From Alphaproteobacteria bacterium (GTDB lineage Bacteria; Pseudomonadota; Alphaproteobacteria; Rickettsiales; SXRF01): DNA of 51,113 nt. Each line of letters opens with the position of its first letter. The stretch's first letter is position 1. The position numbers were made by a program, and so were the translations under genes. The stretch lies in assembly GCA_025360345.1 (NCBI GenBank), contig JANYCJ010000170.1, positions 1 through 51,113 on the forward strand, given 5' to 3'. Shown one piece after another: positions 19,103-29,530 of this stretch. Under the pieces are notes generated by a model. That model worked only from the letters and a program-made list of their open reading frames with translations. It was not told the origin of the DNA and searched no databases.

Positions 19103-19579
19103 ATGCTAAATCAGTCCTTGCAATTATCGGGAAGCGTACCGTCAGCGATGGGAATGGAAACAATTAAGTCGCGCTTCGGTGAAATCACCGTGGACACGAA
19201 CAAGGCGATTATTTTTGCGCGCGGGATGCTCGGCATTCCCGACAAGCATCAGTTCGTGCTGGCCAATTTCCCCAATCCCAAAATGCAGCAATTCATGCTC
19301 CTCCAGTCGCTCGACGATACGGCGCTGTCCTTCATCACCCTGCCGCTGGACCTGAAAAACAGCATCATCTCCGCTTCCGACATCAGCATCGCCTGCCGCG
19401 ACCTGCAGATCGGGGAATCCAATGCCGCCATCCTGCTTATCGTAAACGTCCATCGCGGCGTGGATCAGGTAAAGCTCTCCGTAAACGCCCGCGCCCCCCT
19501 GATTGTGGATGCCGAGCGCAGGATCGGCGCCCAGCACGTCTTCCAGCACGACAATTACAAAGTGCAGCACATGCTCTAG
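19103..19579 (+). CDS. fliW: Flagellar assembly factor FliW
   Basis: I.SRFGEI.V....I.F.RGMLG.P....F.L, F.LLQSLDD..L.F, VNARAPLIV.....G.Q. Confidence 0.88.
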   Translation: MLNQSLQLSGSVPSAMGMETIKSRFGEITVDTNKAIIFARGMLGIPDKHQFVLANFPNPKMQQFMLLQSLDDTALSFITLPLDLKNSIISASDISIACRDLQIGESNAAILLIVNVHRGVDQVKLSVNARAPLIVDAERRIGAQHVFQHDNYKVQHML

Positions 19580-19621
19580 CTGCCCCCTTTGTAACTTTTT
19601 AAAGTTAAGGGCAATCGCAAT

Positions 19622-21238
19622 ATGGATGCGGCAACCAACCTTTTCGACGCTTATAAAAAAGCAGAAGGCCTGATTGCCGAAGGGAACCTGAGGGCCGCCG
19701 CCGACCTCTGCAAAGAGATGCTCGACGCCAACCCGAAATATCCCTACGGCTATCATCTCATGGCTTCGCTTTTCAGCGCCACCGGCACGTTCGAGCGCGC
19801 GGTCACCTTCTCACAGATGGCCACGCAACTGGCGCCGGATGTCTGCGCCTTCCATATGCAGCACGGCCAGCTGCTCTATTCGCTGGGCGAATTCGAGGCC
19901 GCAGCCGTTTCCTTCATGGCCGCCTTCCACATCGAGCCCAAAAACCCCATCATCATCCTGCTGCTCGCCAGCACCTTCACTGGCCGCGGCCAGTTTGAAG
20001 AGGCGCAAGGCCTGTTCATCCACGCCCGCATGATGTCCGACATCCCCGAAATCGACGAGCAGGAAGGCCTCTGCCACGTCCAGCAGGGCAACCAGAAAGA
20101 AGCCGAAATCCTTTTCGACCGCATCATCACCCGCTGCCCCGAATATATCTGGGGCCATATATATAAAGGGCATGTGCTCATGGCGCAGCGCAACCTGCCG
20201 CAGGCCGAGGCCTGCATGGCCCGCGCCCTGAAGCTCGACCCCGCCTCCTTCGAGGCCCTCTTCGCCCTCGCCGTGGTCAACGACTGGCAGGGCCAGAGCG
20301 AAATCGCCATCCGCTACGCCATGGAAGCCCTGAAAGCCCGCCCCCTCGGCTGGGAGTGCCACATGTTCTTAGGCTCCCTCCTCGTGCGTGAGCGCCACTA
20401 CGCCGAGGCGCATCAGGTGCTTGCCCAGGCCCTCACCATCCGCCCCCATGACCCTTATGTGCTGCAACTGTTGTTCATGGCCCTGCGCCTCAGCCAGCGC
20501 GAGCCAGACTTCCTCCGCTACATCCGCAAGCAGCTCGCCCGCCACCCCGGCAACGTGGTGCTGCTGCACTTCCAGTCCATCGCCGAGGGCGAACTGCCCG
20601 ACACCGCACCCAACGAATATGTGCAGGGCTATTTCGACGGCTTCTCCGAGCAGTACGACCACTACCAGCAGGACGTGCTGTCCTACCGCGCCCCCCGCGC
20701 GCTGGCCGAGGCGCTGAAGGAATGGACCGAAGACCACCACGGCGAGTTCCGCGACCTGCTCGACCTCGGCTGCGGCACCGGCCTCGCCGCAAACGCCCTG
20801 AAAGATGTCGTGCCCTACCGCGTCGGCGTGGATATTTCCTCGCGCATGGTGGCCAAGGCCCGCGGCAAGCAGCTCTATCACAGCCTCCATCTTTATGACA
20901 TGCTCCCCTTCATGCTCGAAAGCGAGCAGAGCTTCGACCTCGTCACCGCCACCGACGCGCTGTGCCATAGCGGCAACCTCTCCACCTTCCTCAAGGCCGC
21001 CCGCAATGTGCTGAACCCTAAAGGCCTGCTCGCCTTCACCGTCGAAAAAGATTTCCATGCCGAAAACTGGCGCCTCTGTGCCAATGGCCGCTACACCCAC
21101 GCCCCCCGCTATGTTCAGCAGGCACTTCTCAGCAAGGGCTACGAAATCCTCGCCCAGCACGAACACACCCTGCATATTGATAACAACATCGCCGCCACCG
21201 GTGTGCTTTTCATTGCCCGAAAAACACAAACCCACTAG
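19622..21238 (+). CDS. TPR-repeat SAM-dependent methyltransferase
   Basis: N-terminal TPRs; AP.EYV..YFD.FS..YD, LDLGCGTG, GVDISS.M..KA, FDLV.A.D, G.LAFTVE, GRY.H...YV. Confidence 0.88.
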   Translation: MDAATNLFDAYKKAEGLIAEGNLRAAADLCKEMLDANPKYPYGYHLMASLFSATGTFERAVTFSQMATQLAPDVCAFHMQHGQLLYSLGEFEAAAVSFMAAFHIEPKNPIIILLLASTFTGRGQFEEAQGLFIHARMMSDIPEIDEQEGLCHVQQGNQKEAEILFDRIITRCPEYIWGHIYKGHVLMAQRNLPQAEACMARALKLDPASFEALFALAVVNDWQGQSEIAIRYAMEALKARPLGWECHMFLGSLLVRERHYAEAHQVLAQALTIRPHDPYVLQLLFMALRLSQREPDFLRYIRKQLARHPGNVVLLHFQSIAEGELPDTAPNEYVQGYFDGFSEQYDHYQQDVLSYRAPRALAEALKEWTEDHHGEFRDLLDLGCGTGLAANALKDVVPYRVGVDISSRMVAKARGKQLYHSLHLYDMLPFMLESEQSFDLVTATDALCHSGNLSTFLKAARNVLNPKGLLAFTVEKDFHAENWRLCANGRYTHAPRYVQQALLSKGYEILAQHEHTLHIDNNIAATGVLFIARKTQTH

Positions 21239-21247
21239 GCTGCGGCC

Positions 21248-22414
21248 ATGACCACCGTAATACAAAATGCCGTGCTGTCGCGCTTCCAGTGCCTCGGCGA
21301 TAAATGCGAAGACACCTGCTGCCAGAACTGGTCCATGCAGGTAGACGCGCTCACCCGCGACCGCTATGCGCAGCAGGCCCCCGAACTTCTCGCCGCCATC
21401 GAGCCTGCCGCCGAAACGCCGTGGATCATGCGCAAGGACGCCGCCACCGGCTTTTGCGTAAAACTCGAAGGCGGCCTCTGCGGCATCCACCGCGATTACG
21501 GCAGCGCGTTTCTCGGCGATGCCTGCCATTTCTATCCCCGCGTCACCCGCAGTCTCGGCAGCAGCACGGTGATGACCGCCACCTTGTCCTGCCCTGAAAT
21601 CGCCCGCCTCAGCCTGTTCGAAGACCTGCCCTCTCCTTCACAGGTCACCATGCAGCGCCTCCCCGCCACCTTAAAAAACTACCTGCCACAAGGCATGGCC
21701 GAAATCGACGCGCTCGCTATCCACCACAGCTTCCACGCCGCCACCGCCGATGATGTCGATGCCGAATTGATTTTCCTGCGCATCGCCTGCGCCAGCCGCC
21801 AGTTGGAAAACCTCCCCGCCGCGAACTGGGCCATCCTCACCGGCTTTTATCTTCAGGACGCCGACCTCCGCCTCCCCGTCGCCCTGCGCGACATCAACGA
21901 TCCGTTTAACCTGCTGCACGCGCTCTGCGGCCTCATCGTCGCCTCGCACAAGCCCGCCAGCCCCCGCCTCCTGCAAACCATCGCAGATATGGAAACCGCC
22001 CTCGCCGCGAATCTCGATTGGGCAAACGTCGCCATCACCACCTCCGATGCCAGCATCCCCGCCCTCGAACATCTCCAGCGCAGCTGGTATGAAGAAGCAA
22101 AGCCTCTATACAATCCCATTCTTCGCCGCTGGCTCGCCATGCAGATATCTTTGCACCTCCACCCTTTCGGCGGCCTCGGCCACAACCTCGCCCAGCGCGT
22201 CACCCTCATGGGAATGCGCCTCGCCCTCGTCAAGCTCGCCCTCGCCTCCGCCCACGCCCTCCACGGCCCCCTCGCTCAGGATCACATCGTGCGCATCGTC
22301 CAAAGCCTGTCGCGTTTCCTCGACCATCTCGGCGATCCCGCTTTCTCCATGTCCATCGCCACCGAAACCGGATGGGACTCGGAAGCCCGTATGCACGGCC
22401 TTTTGCGTTTATAG
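21248..22414 (+). CDS. fliB: Flagellin lysine-N-methylase FliB
   Basis: FQCLGDKCEDTCC.NW...VD, C..L..GLC.IH...G...L...C..YPR, LSCPE.AR Cys cluster; immediately upstream of flagellin. Confidence 0.85.
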   Translation: MTTVIQNAVLSRFQCLGDKCEDTCCQNWSMQVDALTRDRYAQQAPELLAAIEPAAETPWIMRKDAATGFCVKLEGGLCGIHRDYGSAFLGDACHFYPRVTRSLGSSTVMTATLSCPEIARLSLFEDLPSPSQVTMQRLPATLKNYLPQGMAEIDALAIHHSFHAATADDVDAELIFLRIACASRQLENLPAANWAILTGFYLQDADLRLPVALRDINDPFNLLHALCGLIVASHKPASPRLLQTIADMETALAANLDWANVAITTSDASIPALEHLQRSWYEEAKPLYNPILRRWLAMQISLHLHPFGGLGHNLAQRVTLMGMRLALVKLALASAHALHGPLAQDHIVRIVQSLSRFLDHLGDPAFSMSIATETGWDSEARMHGLLRL

Positions 22415-22611
22415 CTTGCCCCCCTCCCGGATTGGCGCTAAACAGGGAATTGCCGAAGCTATTTCCAACCAAAAAAACCCAATAAAATTAATTTCCAGTA
22501 ATATATTTGGCAAAAAGAAGCGGGGAACGTAAAAAAATCAAAAAATAAAAACGTTATTTAACAGTGTAGTGCAGTCAAACTTATCATTTCCTGATATTTC
22601 GGCGCTTCATA

Positions 22612-22627
22612 TTAACGTAATTTTAAC
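22612..22627. promoter_or_regulatory. CtrA binding box upstream of flagellin
   Basis: TTAA-cgtaatt-TTAAC, an exact TTAA-N7-TTAAC match about 100 nt before the start. Confidence 0.75.
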
Positions 22628-22728
22628 CGTCCCCATGCAATGGTAAGGTATATGTGACCCGTGTGTGGGTCGCATGGTTAATGAAGGCATGTAGCTTTCG
22701 AATTTAAACATCCATGTAGGAGATGACC

Positions 22729-25700
22729 ATGAGTAACTCAATTAATACCAACATTTCCGCCTATTTTGCACAGGCGAATTTGACCACCGCATCCAATGAT
22801 GCTTCCTCATCCGTAGCCCGCCTTTCATCTGGTAACCGCATCGTAAAAGCGTCCGATGACGTGGCCTCACTCGCAACGGGTACTTCGCTCCTCTCCACGG
22901 TTAGCGCCTTGAAAGCCGCTCAGAGCAGCGCTTCGCAGGGTTCCAGCCTCCTCCAGGTGGCAGACGGCGCCCTCGCCCAGATCCAGAACATCTTGCAGCA
23001 GCAGAAGTCCATCGCCCTGCAGGCACGTTCCGGTTCGCTTACCAACTCGGATCGCGGCTTCTTGAACCAACAGTTCCAAGCTCTCGCCGACCAGATCAAC
23101 AGCCTCAGCGACTCCACCTCGTTCAACGGTGTATCGCTGATCAACGGCTCGCTCTCCAACTCCGCACTGGTAGATGACGTGACCACGCAGTCCAAGACTG
23201 CAACCGCCAGCATCAACCTGAGCACCAACCCCGTCGTAAGCGGTGACACCATCACCATCGCCGGCGTGCAGCTCACCGCTACCACCAGCGCAACCCCCAC
23301 TTCTCTCCAGTTCAAAATTGGCGCAACCGCTGCCGACACCGTTGGCAACCTTGCCGCCAAGCTGACTGCCCTCGCCGCAACGCCTACCTATGCCACCTCG
23401 CTCGGCAAGGCAAGCTTCACCGCCCTGGGTTCTCAGCTGCAGATCAACGCCCGCACGGGTGGTGAACTGGGCAACAACTTCGCCATCGACACCAGCGCAG
23501 CCAACAGCTCGCTCATCTCCGGCACCAAAGCCGTAGTTAGCGGCGCCTTCGGTGGTTCCACGGTGAACCTGTTTGCCAACACCGGCGCTTCGCTCGGTTT
23601 CACCAGCGCAACCGCGTCCATCACCTCTGCAACCCCTACTGCCGCCAGCCCCTTCAAAGGCGGCGACAGCATCACGGCAACCATCGGCGGCGGCACTTCG
23701 CAGTCGCTGTATACCCTTGCCAACGGTGACTCCCTGACCACCATCGTCAACGGGATCAACGTGAATGCCACCACCACCGGCATCCATGCTTCGCTCACCT
23801 TCGATGCTTCCAGCAAGCTGTATAACATCCAGCTGCACAGCAACAGTGCAACCGGCGCATTCGCCCTCAACGGCGGTGCAAACTTCTACAACGTGGGCGA
23901 CAAAACCCACGGCCTCAACGGCGCAACCCAGACCCAGACCCTGTTTACCAATGAATATGCGGTAAACAACGTCGTAGCTGGCAACACCGTTGTAGGTGCC
24001 TCGCTCGCCGCTCCCTTCGTAAACGGTGACAGCATCCAGATCTCGGTAGGTACCGGCTCCGCCGAAACCGTGGCAACCGTGGCAACCGGCGACAAGCTGG
24101 CCGATCTCGTGACCAAAATCAACGCCAGCGCAGGCTCCAAGACCCTTGGCCTCTCCGCAGCTTTGAGCAGCAACGGTCAGAACATCGACCTCACCTACTC
24201 CGATTCCACCGGCGCCAACAATCTGCTGATCAACGGCGGCACCAACTTCTTCAACACCGATGCCACCGGCCTGCGCAACACCAACGGTCTGAACAACCAT
24301 GTCAGCACGTTGAACCTGTTTGCTGCTGGCTATGCAACCTCCGCCACCGCAGTATCGGCAGCCACCTCGGCAACCGCAACGCCATTCCAGGATGGTGATA
24401 CGGTTTCGGTAACGGTTCCGGGCCTCAACAGCGGCAACCCCATCACCTTGGGTACCGTAAGTGCCAGCTCCACTCTTGCTGGCCTTGCAACGTCGATCAA
24501 TGCAAGCGCCAACGCACTTGCTAACGGCATCCATGCTGAAGTGGTTCAGGACTCCTCTGGCTTGTTCAACATCTCTCTGAATGTTGCTACAAACACAGCG
24601 GCGAACCTGACCTTTAGCGGCGGCACCAACTTCTTCGCTGGCGCTACCACGCATGGCATCAATCCGGCTGGCGCATCCACCTTCGGTGCACCAGACCAGA
24701 CCCAGAGCCTGTTCAACGCAACCTTCGCCGCAACGCTCACTGCCGGTCAAACGGTATCGAGCGCTGCAACCGCAACGGCTTCCGTGCCCTTCAAGCAGGG
24801 TGACACCTTAAGCGTCACCACCGCAAACGGCTCGGTAAATATTTCCACGGCTCTCGCAGCAGGTGATACCACCCTGCAAAAGATCGCGGACAATATCAAT
24901 GCCCGCGCAGTTGCCGGCCACACTGGCGTAACCGCAGCCTTGACCGCAGATGGTAAGAACATCAACCTTACCTCCGCTACCAAGATCCTGTCGTTCCAGG
25001 GCGGCACCAACTTCTATTCCAACGCTGCAGACACCACCGGTGTGGTGACCAACAGCGGCTTGAACAACAACGCAACCTCGATCGACCTGTTCAACCCCAC
25101 CCTGGCAGCTGCCATCAAGTCTGGTGCTAACCACGCTTATGTACTGTCGGCAGGTGCTTCAACGGCAACCATCCCCTTCAAAGATGGTGACGTTGTTACC
25201 CTTTCCGTCAACGGTGGCTCAACAATCAACATTTCGACCGCGCTTGCCGTAGGCACCACGGTCGATCAGCTGATTGCGAACATCAACGCAACTGCAACCG
25301 CGCAGGCTGCTGGTGTTCACGCAACGTTTGATGCTCAGGATAGCACGCACAGCAACATCAAACTTGTTGTCGATGGCCAGACCAATCAGGCGATCACTAA
25401 CCTGAAGATCTCCACTGCCAACATCAACACCACCAACCTCACGCCGTACACCACGGTAGTTAGCAACAACGTTCAGACTGCCGCTACGGCTACCACGGTG
25501 GGCACTGCCACCTCCACCACAGCCCTCCAGCAGGTCTATGGTCTCAATGGCGGTGAAAACACCGGCTTGGGTTATAACAGCGTGTCCGTGTCCGGCACGG
25601 TCGGCGACAATTTGCTGACCGCCCTGTCCCAGACGCCTGCCAAGATCCTGGTGAGCTTCCCCGACATCGACCCGGCAGCCTTGACGGCGACTGGCAACTT

Positions 25701-27165
25701 TGGTAGCGACGGCAGCGTGTACATCACCGCTGGCGGGCACAAATTTGCCTTCACCACCACGGTGTCTAACGCAAAAGCGGCTGATGAAATTACCATCGGC
25801 TCCACCTTGCGTGAAACCCTGGACAATGCTGTGGCAACCATCAACAACTACGCTCAGAACAATGCCGTCGGCAACGAAGCTTACGATCTGAACCAGATCA
25901 CGGTTTCGCGCAGCGGCAACTCCCTTGTCTTCCAGGGCAAAGGCCTGAGCAACCCCACCAAGTCCAACGGTGCGGCTCTCGACGCCATCACGGTAAGCGC
26001 AGGCTTCACCAACGGTGCCGTTTCGAGCAACTCCGGTCTCTTGAACAACGCCGCCGCGAACTTCGGCGTTGACGCAAGCGCACTGAGCAACAAGGACTTC
26101 AATGGCTTTATCAACGGGTTCAAGGCTTCGTTCACCGGTACGGCGAACACGGTCAACCTGTCGGTTAAAGTAGGTAACTATACCTACACCGCCAGCAACG
26201 TTCCAACGGCCCCCACCAGCAACACGACCATCCGCCTTACCTCGGACGTGTTGAATGATGGTTCCAGCGGCGGGTATTTCGATATCCAGCTCGCCGGAAA
26301 CCAGGGCCAGTCGGTCAATTCGGATCCTGACGCAAAAACCATTGAACAGCGTCTGAACCTGGCCTTCTCCAGCCTGAGCTTCTCCCAGACCCGTACCATC
26401 TCGACCTATAACGGCACGCAGTCTATCGTGTCCAATGGGGCCCGCATCGGTACGTTAATCGGCAGCAAAGTATCGGCACAGCTTGCCTCCTTCTCGGGCA
26501 ACAAGCTGACCGGTATCACGGTAACGGCACCCACCACCAGCAACGGCGACGCTAAGATCAGCCTGACCGTTGACGGTGAGGAGTTCCAGACCACTGCTGG
26601 CCTGGGCACAGAGCTTGGTGCAACCCAAACCTACCGCCTGACCAGCACGACCAACGCCAGCCACTTTATCGACTTCACGACTGGTTCATCCATTGACATC
26701 AGCACTGCCGCAAACGCTCAGGCAGTACAGAAAGCTTTGGGTGATGCCTTCGGAACCGCTAAAGGCGACGGCGCCCTGTCGTTCCAGGTGGGTGCAACCA
26801 GCAATGATACCATTGCTGTAAGCATCGGCAGCGCGAAGACCTCGCAGATTTACGATGGTCAGACGCTCGACGTAGCCACTCAGGAATCAGCCACCACGGC
26901 CAGCGCCGTGTTGGATGAGGCGATCAAGTCCGTCACGGCCCTCCGCGCAAGCGTGGGTGCGTATGGATCACGGTTTAACTTCGCATCAGCCGCTCTGCAG
27001 TCCAGCGTTCAGAATCAGGACGCTGCCCGTGCCCAGCTGCTCGATACGGATATCGCGCTCGAGTCGACAGCGTACGCGACATCGCAAGTTAAGCTACAAG
27101 CTGGTATCTCCGTTCTAGCCCAGGCGAATCAGGCCCTCCAGGCCCTCCTGAAGCTGATCGGTTAA
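22729..27165 (+). CDS. fliC: Giant flagellin (~1478 aa) with five internal repeat domains
   Basis: SINTNISA..AQ.NL...RLSSGNRI..ASDD N-terminus; FQVGA...D, LRA.VGA..SRF, D.DIA.E...VLAQANQ...LLKL C-terminus. AGGAG spacing favours ATG 22729. Confidence 0.96.
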   Translation: MSNSINTNISAYFAQANLTTASNDASSSVARLSSGNRIVKASDDVASLATGTSLLSTVSALKAAQSSASQGSSLLQVADGALAQIQNILQQQKSIALQARSGSLTNSDRGFLNQQFQALADQINSLSDSTSFNGVSLINGSLSNSALVDDVTTQSKTATASINLSTNPVVSGDTITIAGVQLTATTSATPTSLQFKIGATAADTVGNLAAKLTALAATPTYATSLGKASFTALGSQLQINARTGGELGNNFAIDTSAANSSLISGTKAVVSGAFGGSTVNLFANTGASLGFTSATASITSATPTAASPFKGGDSITATIGGGTSQSLYTLANGDSLTTIVNGINVNATTTGIHASLTFDASSKLYNIQLHSNSATGAFALNGGANFYNVGDKTHGLNGATQTQTLFTNEYAVNNVVAGNTVVGASLAAPFVNGDSIQISVGTGSAETVATVATGDKLADLVTKINASAGSKTLGLSAALSSNGQNIDLTYSDSTGANNLLINGGTNFFNTDATGLRNTNGLNNHVSTLNLFAAGYATSATAVSAATSATATPFQDGDTVSVTVPGLNSGNPITLGTVSASSTLAGLATSINASANALANGIHAEVVQDSSGLFNISLNVATNTAANLTFSGGTNFFAGATTHGINPAGASTFGAPDQTQSLFNATFAATLTAGQTVSSAATATASVPFKQGDTLSVTTANGSVNISTALAAGDTTLQKIADNINARAVAGHTGVTAALTADGKNINLTSATKILSFQGGTNFYSNAADTTGVVTNSGLNNNATSIDLFNPTLAAAIKSGANHAYVLSAGASTATIPFKDGDVVTLSVNGGSTINISTALAVGTTVDQLIANINATATAQAAGVHATFDAQDSTHSNIKLVVDGQTNQAITNLKISTANINTTNLTPYTTVVSNNVQTAATATTVGTATSTTALQQVYGLNGGENTGLGYNSVSVSGTVGDNLLTALSQTPAKILVSFPDIDPAALTATGNFGSDGSVYITAGGHKFAFTTTVSNAKAADEITIGSTLRETLDNAVATINNYAQNNAVGNEAYDLNQITVSRSGNSLVFQGKGLSNPTKSNGAALDAITVSAGFTNGAVSSNSGLLNNAAANFGVDASALSNKDFNGFINGFKASFTGTANTVNLSVKVGNYTYTASNVPTAPTSNTTIRLTSDVLNDGSSGGYFDIQLAGNQGQSVNSDPDAKTIEQRLNLAFSSLSFSQTRTISTYNGTQSIVSNGARIGTLIGSKVSAQLASFSGNKLTGITVTAPTTSNGDAKISLTVDGEEFQTTAGLGTELGATQTYRLTSTTNASHFIDFTTGSSIDISTAANAQAVQKALGDAFGTAKGDGALSFQVGATSNDTIAVSIGSAKTSQIYDGQTLDVATQESATTASAVLDEAIKSVTALRASVGAYGSRFNFASAALQSSVQNQDAARAQLLDTDIALESTAYATSQVKLQAGISVLAQANQALQALLKLIG

Positions 27166-27185
27166 TAACAGCGGAAAATGGAAAC

Positions 27186-27213
27186 CCCGGGGCTTACACC
27201 AGTAAGTCCCGGG
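27186..27213 (+). terminator. 12-bp hairpin between flagellin and flaG (no U-tract; partial terminator or mRNA stabiliser)
   Basis: CCCGGGGCTTAC-acca-GTAAGTCCCGGG. Confidence 0.5.
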
Positions 27214-27232
27214 CGATCCAAAGGAGAATGTT

Positions 27233-27616
27233 ATGGATTCAATAGGATTAAGTCCGCAAATCAAGCTGCCGACCTCAACCACGCAATCTGTTCAGTCTGC
27301 GTCCGCCCCTTCTGTGCCTGATTACGACGCGGTTTTCTTGCCAAAGGCCACCGATAATAGCCAGGTAACGTTTGACGCTCATGCAGTTGACCAGAGTCGC
27401 ACTGAAGCGGTCCTCAAAGCCGCCCAGCAGGTCGCTAACGTCTACGTTCTGGGAGACCAGACCTTTTCGCTCTTCAAGGATCCAACCGGCCAGTACATCA
27501 CCCGGTTCACCAACCTTCAGGACGGCAAGGTCACCTACATTCCTGAACCCACCCTCCTCGAGTTGAGTGGGCACAGGCCAGATACGACTAAGCCCGTATA
27601 TAATATTACGGCCTAG
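27233..27616 (+). CDS. flaG: FlaG-like protein
   Basis: Lies between fliC and fliD; F...D.TGQ....GKV..IP...LL pattern, divergent. Confidence 0.55.
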   Translation: MDSIGLSPQIKLPTSTTQSVQSASAPSVPDYDAVFLPKATDNSQVTFDAHAVDQSRTEAVLKAAQQVANVYVLGDQTFSLFKDPTGQYITRFTNLQDGKVTYIPEPTLLELSGHRPDTTKPVYNITA

Positions 27617-27620
27617 ACTT

Positions 27621-27635
27621 AGGCACGGTTATTGC
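27621..27635 (+). promoter_or_regulatory. sigma54 promoter of fliD-fliS
   Basis: AGGCACGGTTATTGC (GG-N10-GC). Confidence 0.7.
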
Positions 27636-27738
27636 TTGGTTATTGCTAAAGAACTAATTTCCGGTCGCAGCGACGCCGGTACAAGCCCGCCGCTGCGCCA
27701 AATTCAGCCTTAGCAAGTCGAATAAATCAGAGGATTCT

Positions 27739-29517
27739 ATGGTATCGTCAGTATCTCTCGGAACCTTTTTCACCAACTCAAACGGTCAGTCCGTTCTGGG
27801 CGGTGCCGGCGGTTCAGGCCTCGATACCGCTGCCCTGATGAAATCCCTCACCGATGCAAAGAAAGTCCCGGCCACCAAGGACCAGAACCAGATCACCCAG
27901 AACGGCAAGATCACAGCCGCCTTCACCAAATTCCAGAGCCTGCTGAGCGCTTTCCAAAGCTCCGCCGATGCCCTTCGCAACCCTCCCGGTGTTGCCAACG
28001 CGGCAAATAATGCCTTCAAATTCACCGTGCCCACCGTCGCCGTTCCCGGCGGCAACTATGTAAGCGTCACCTCCGCCGCGGGCGCCTCCCAGCAATCCTA
28101 CCAGATTTCAGACATCACCAGCGTGGCCACCGCCGCCCGCCAGAACAGCGGCGTGTTCAATGTACCCAACGCCGACAGCAACGCAGTTCCCGCCGCCAGC
28201 GGCAACCCTTCCTTTGGCCCCGGCAAGGTGACCATCGCCGGGCAGGACATCAATATCGCCGCAGGCGACACCATGAACGGGATCGCCGCGAAATTCAACG
28301 CCGTCTCCAGCGCCACGGGCATCAGCGCCTCCGTCATCTCTATTGACGCCACCCATTACCAGCTTTCCTTCGTGGCCACCAAAACCGGCGATAATGGCAA
28401 TTTCAACCTCTCTGCCGCCACCGACCCCGATGGCGCCCTCGCCAATATCGGCCTCACCGCGCCCGTTGCGGGCAACAACGCCATTTTCAAGCTCAACAAT
28501 GTGCCCATCACCCGCCAGACCAACTCCATTAGCGACGTTATCAGCGATGTGACCTTTAACATCCTCCAGACCACGCCGGATGCCGTCACCCCCTACACCG
28601 TGTCCATCAACCCTGACACCGCCACCATCCAGAACGTCATCAACAGCTTCGTAAGCAATTACAACGCCCTGAAAACCTTCCAGGCGCAGCAGACCCAGCT
28701 CAACAGCGACGGCACCTACGCTGATACCGCCCTGCTCGCCAATAACCAGACCTTCCTCACCTTGATGAATAACCTCAACTCCCAGATCAACACCCAGCTT
28801 GCCGGCACGGGCAACAACCCGCACAGCTTGGTGGATGTGGGCATTTCCTTCACAAACACCCCCGCTACCGACACCACGCCGGAAGTGGACAATACCCTGA
28901 CCGTCAACGATGGCACCCTCACCTCCGCCCTCCAGTCGAATTTCTCCGGGGTCGAAAAGCTCTTCGGCTTTAGCCTCACCACTGACAATCCGGACCTGAC
29001 CATTTTCAAGCACACCAACTCCCTCGCCGCCACCGACATCACCCTGACCATAGACCCCACCGTGGTTCCCCCGGTTTATAAAGCCACCTACGATACCGGC
29101 TCAGGCCCGCAAACCGTGGATCTCACCGCCGCCGCCATCGGCACTAACGTTACGGGCGTAAGCCTTACCGGCCCCTCTGGCAGCGCCCTCGAAGGCCTGC
29201 AATTGCTGTATGTCAGCGACAAGCCCGCCACCATCCACGCCTCCTTCGGCCAGGGCGTCGCCGACAAACTCTTTAACACCGCCGACGGCGCGCTCACCAC
29301 CAACACCGGCTCGCTGGCCATTGAGTTGCAATCCATCAAAGATGCAAATACCCGCTTGAATGGCGACATAGACAGCATCAACAAGCAGGTCAGCGTATAT
29401 CAGGATCAGCTCACTGCAAAATTTACCGCTTTGGAAGCCGCAATTTCTAAGGTAAACAGCTTGTTGAGCAGCCTCAACGCCAACGACACCGCCCGTTCCA
29501 ACCAAGCCCAGGGATAA
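27739..29517 (+). CDS. fliD: Flagellar filament cap FliD
   Basis: G.GSGLDT..L...L..A..P N-terminus, ITRQTNSISDVI..VTFN, FV..YN.L, L..KFTALE..IS C-terminus. Confidence 0.93.
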   Translation: MVSSVSLGTFFTNSNGQSVLGGAGGSGLDTAALMKSLTDAKKVPATKDQNQITQNGKITAAFTKFQSLLSAFQSSADALRNPPGVANAANNAFKFTVPTVAVPGGNYVSVTSAAGASQQSYQISDITSVATAARQNSGVFNVPNADSNAVPAASGNPSFGPGKVTIAGQDINIAAGDTMNGIAAKFNAVSSATGISASVISIDATHYQLSFVATKTGDNGNFNLSAATDPDGALANIGLTAPVAGNNAIFKLNNVPITRQTNSISDVISDVTFNILQTTPDAVTPYTVSINPDTATIQNVINSFVSNYNALKTFQAQQTQLNSDGTYADTALLANNQTFLTLMNNLNSQINTQLAGTGNNPHSLVDVGISFTNTPATDTTPEVDNTLTVNDGTLTSALQSNFSGVEKLFGFSLTTDNPDLTIFKHTNSLAATDITLTIDPTVVPPVYKATYDTGSGPQTVDLTAAAIGTNVTGVSLTGPSGSALEGLQLLYVSDKPATIHASFGQGVADKLFNTADGALTTNTGSLAIELQSIKDANTRLNGDIDSINKQVSVYQDQLTAKFTALEAAISKVNSLLSSLNANDTARSNQAQG

Positions 29518-29530
29518 GTGAAGGTTCTAT

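Noticed and set aside
22867-24750. 627-aa minus-strand ORF (also 33024-34271, 20369-21529, 7115-8137 and similar)
   Set aside because: Antisense shadows of well-supported genes, explained by GC-rich codon bias; no recognisable motifs.
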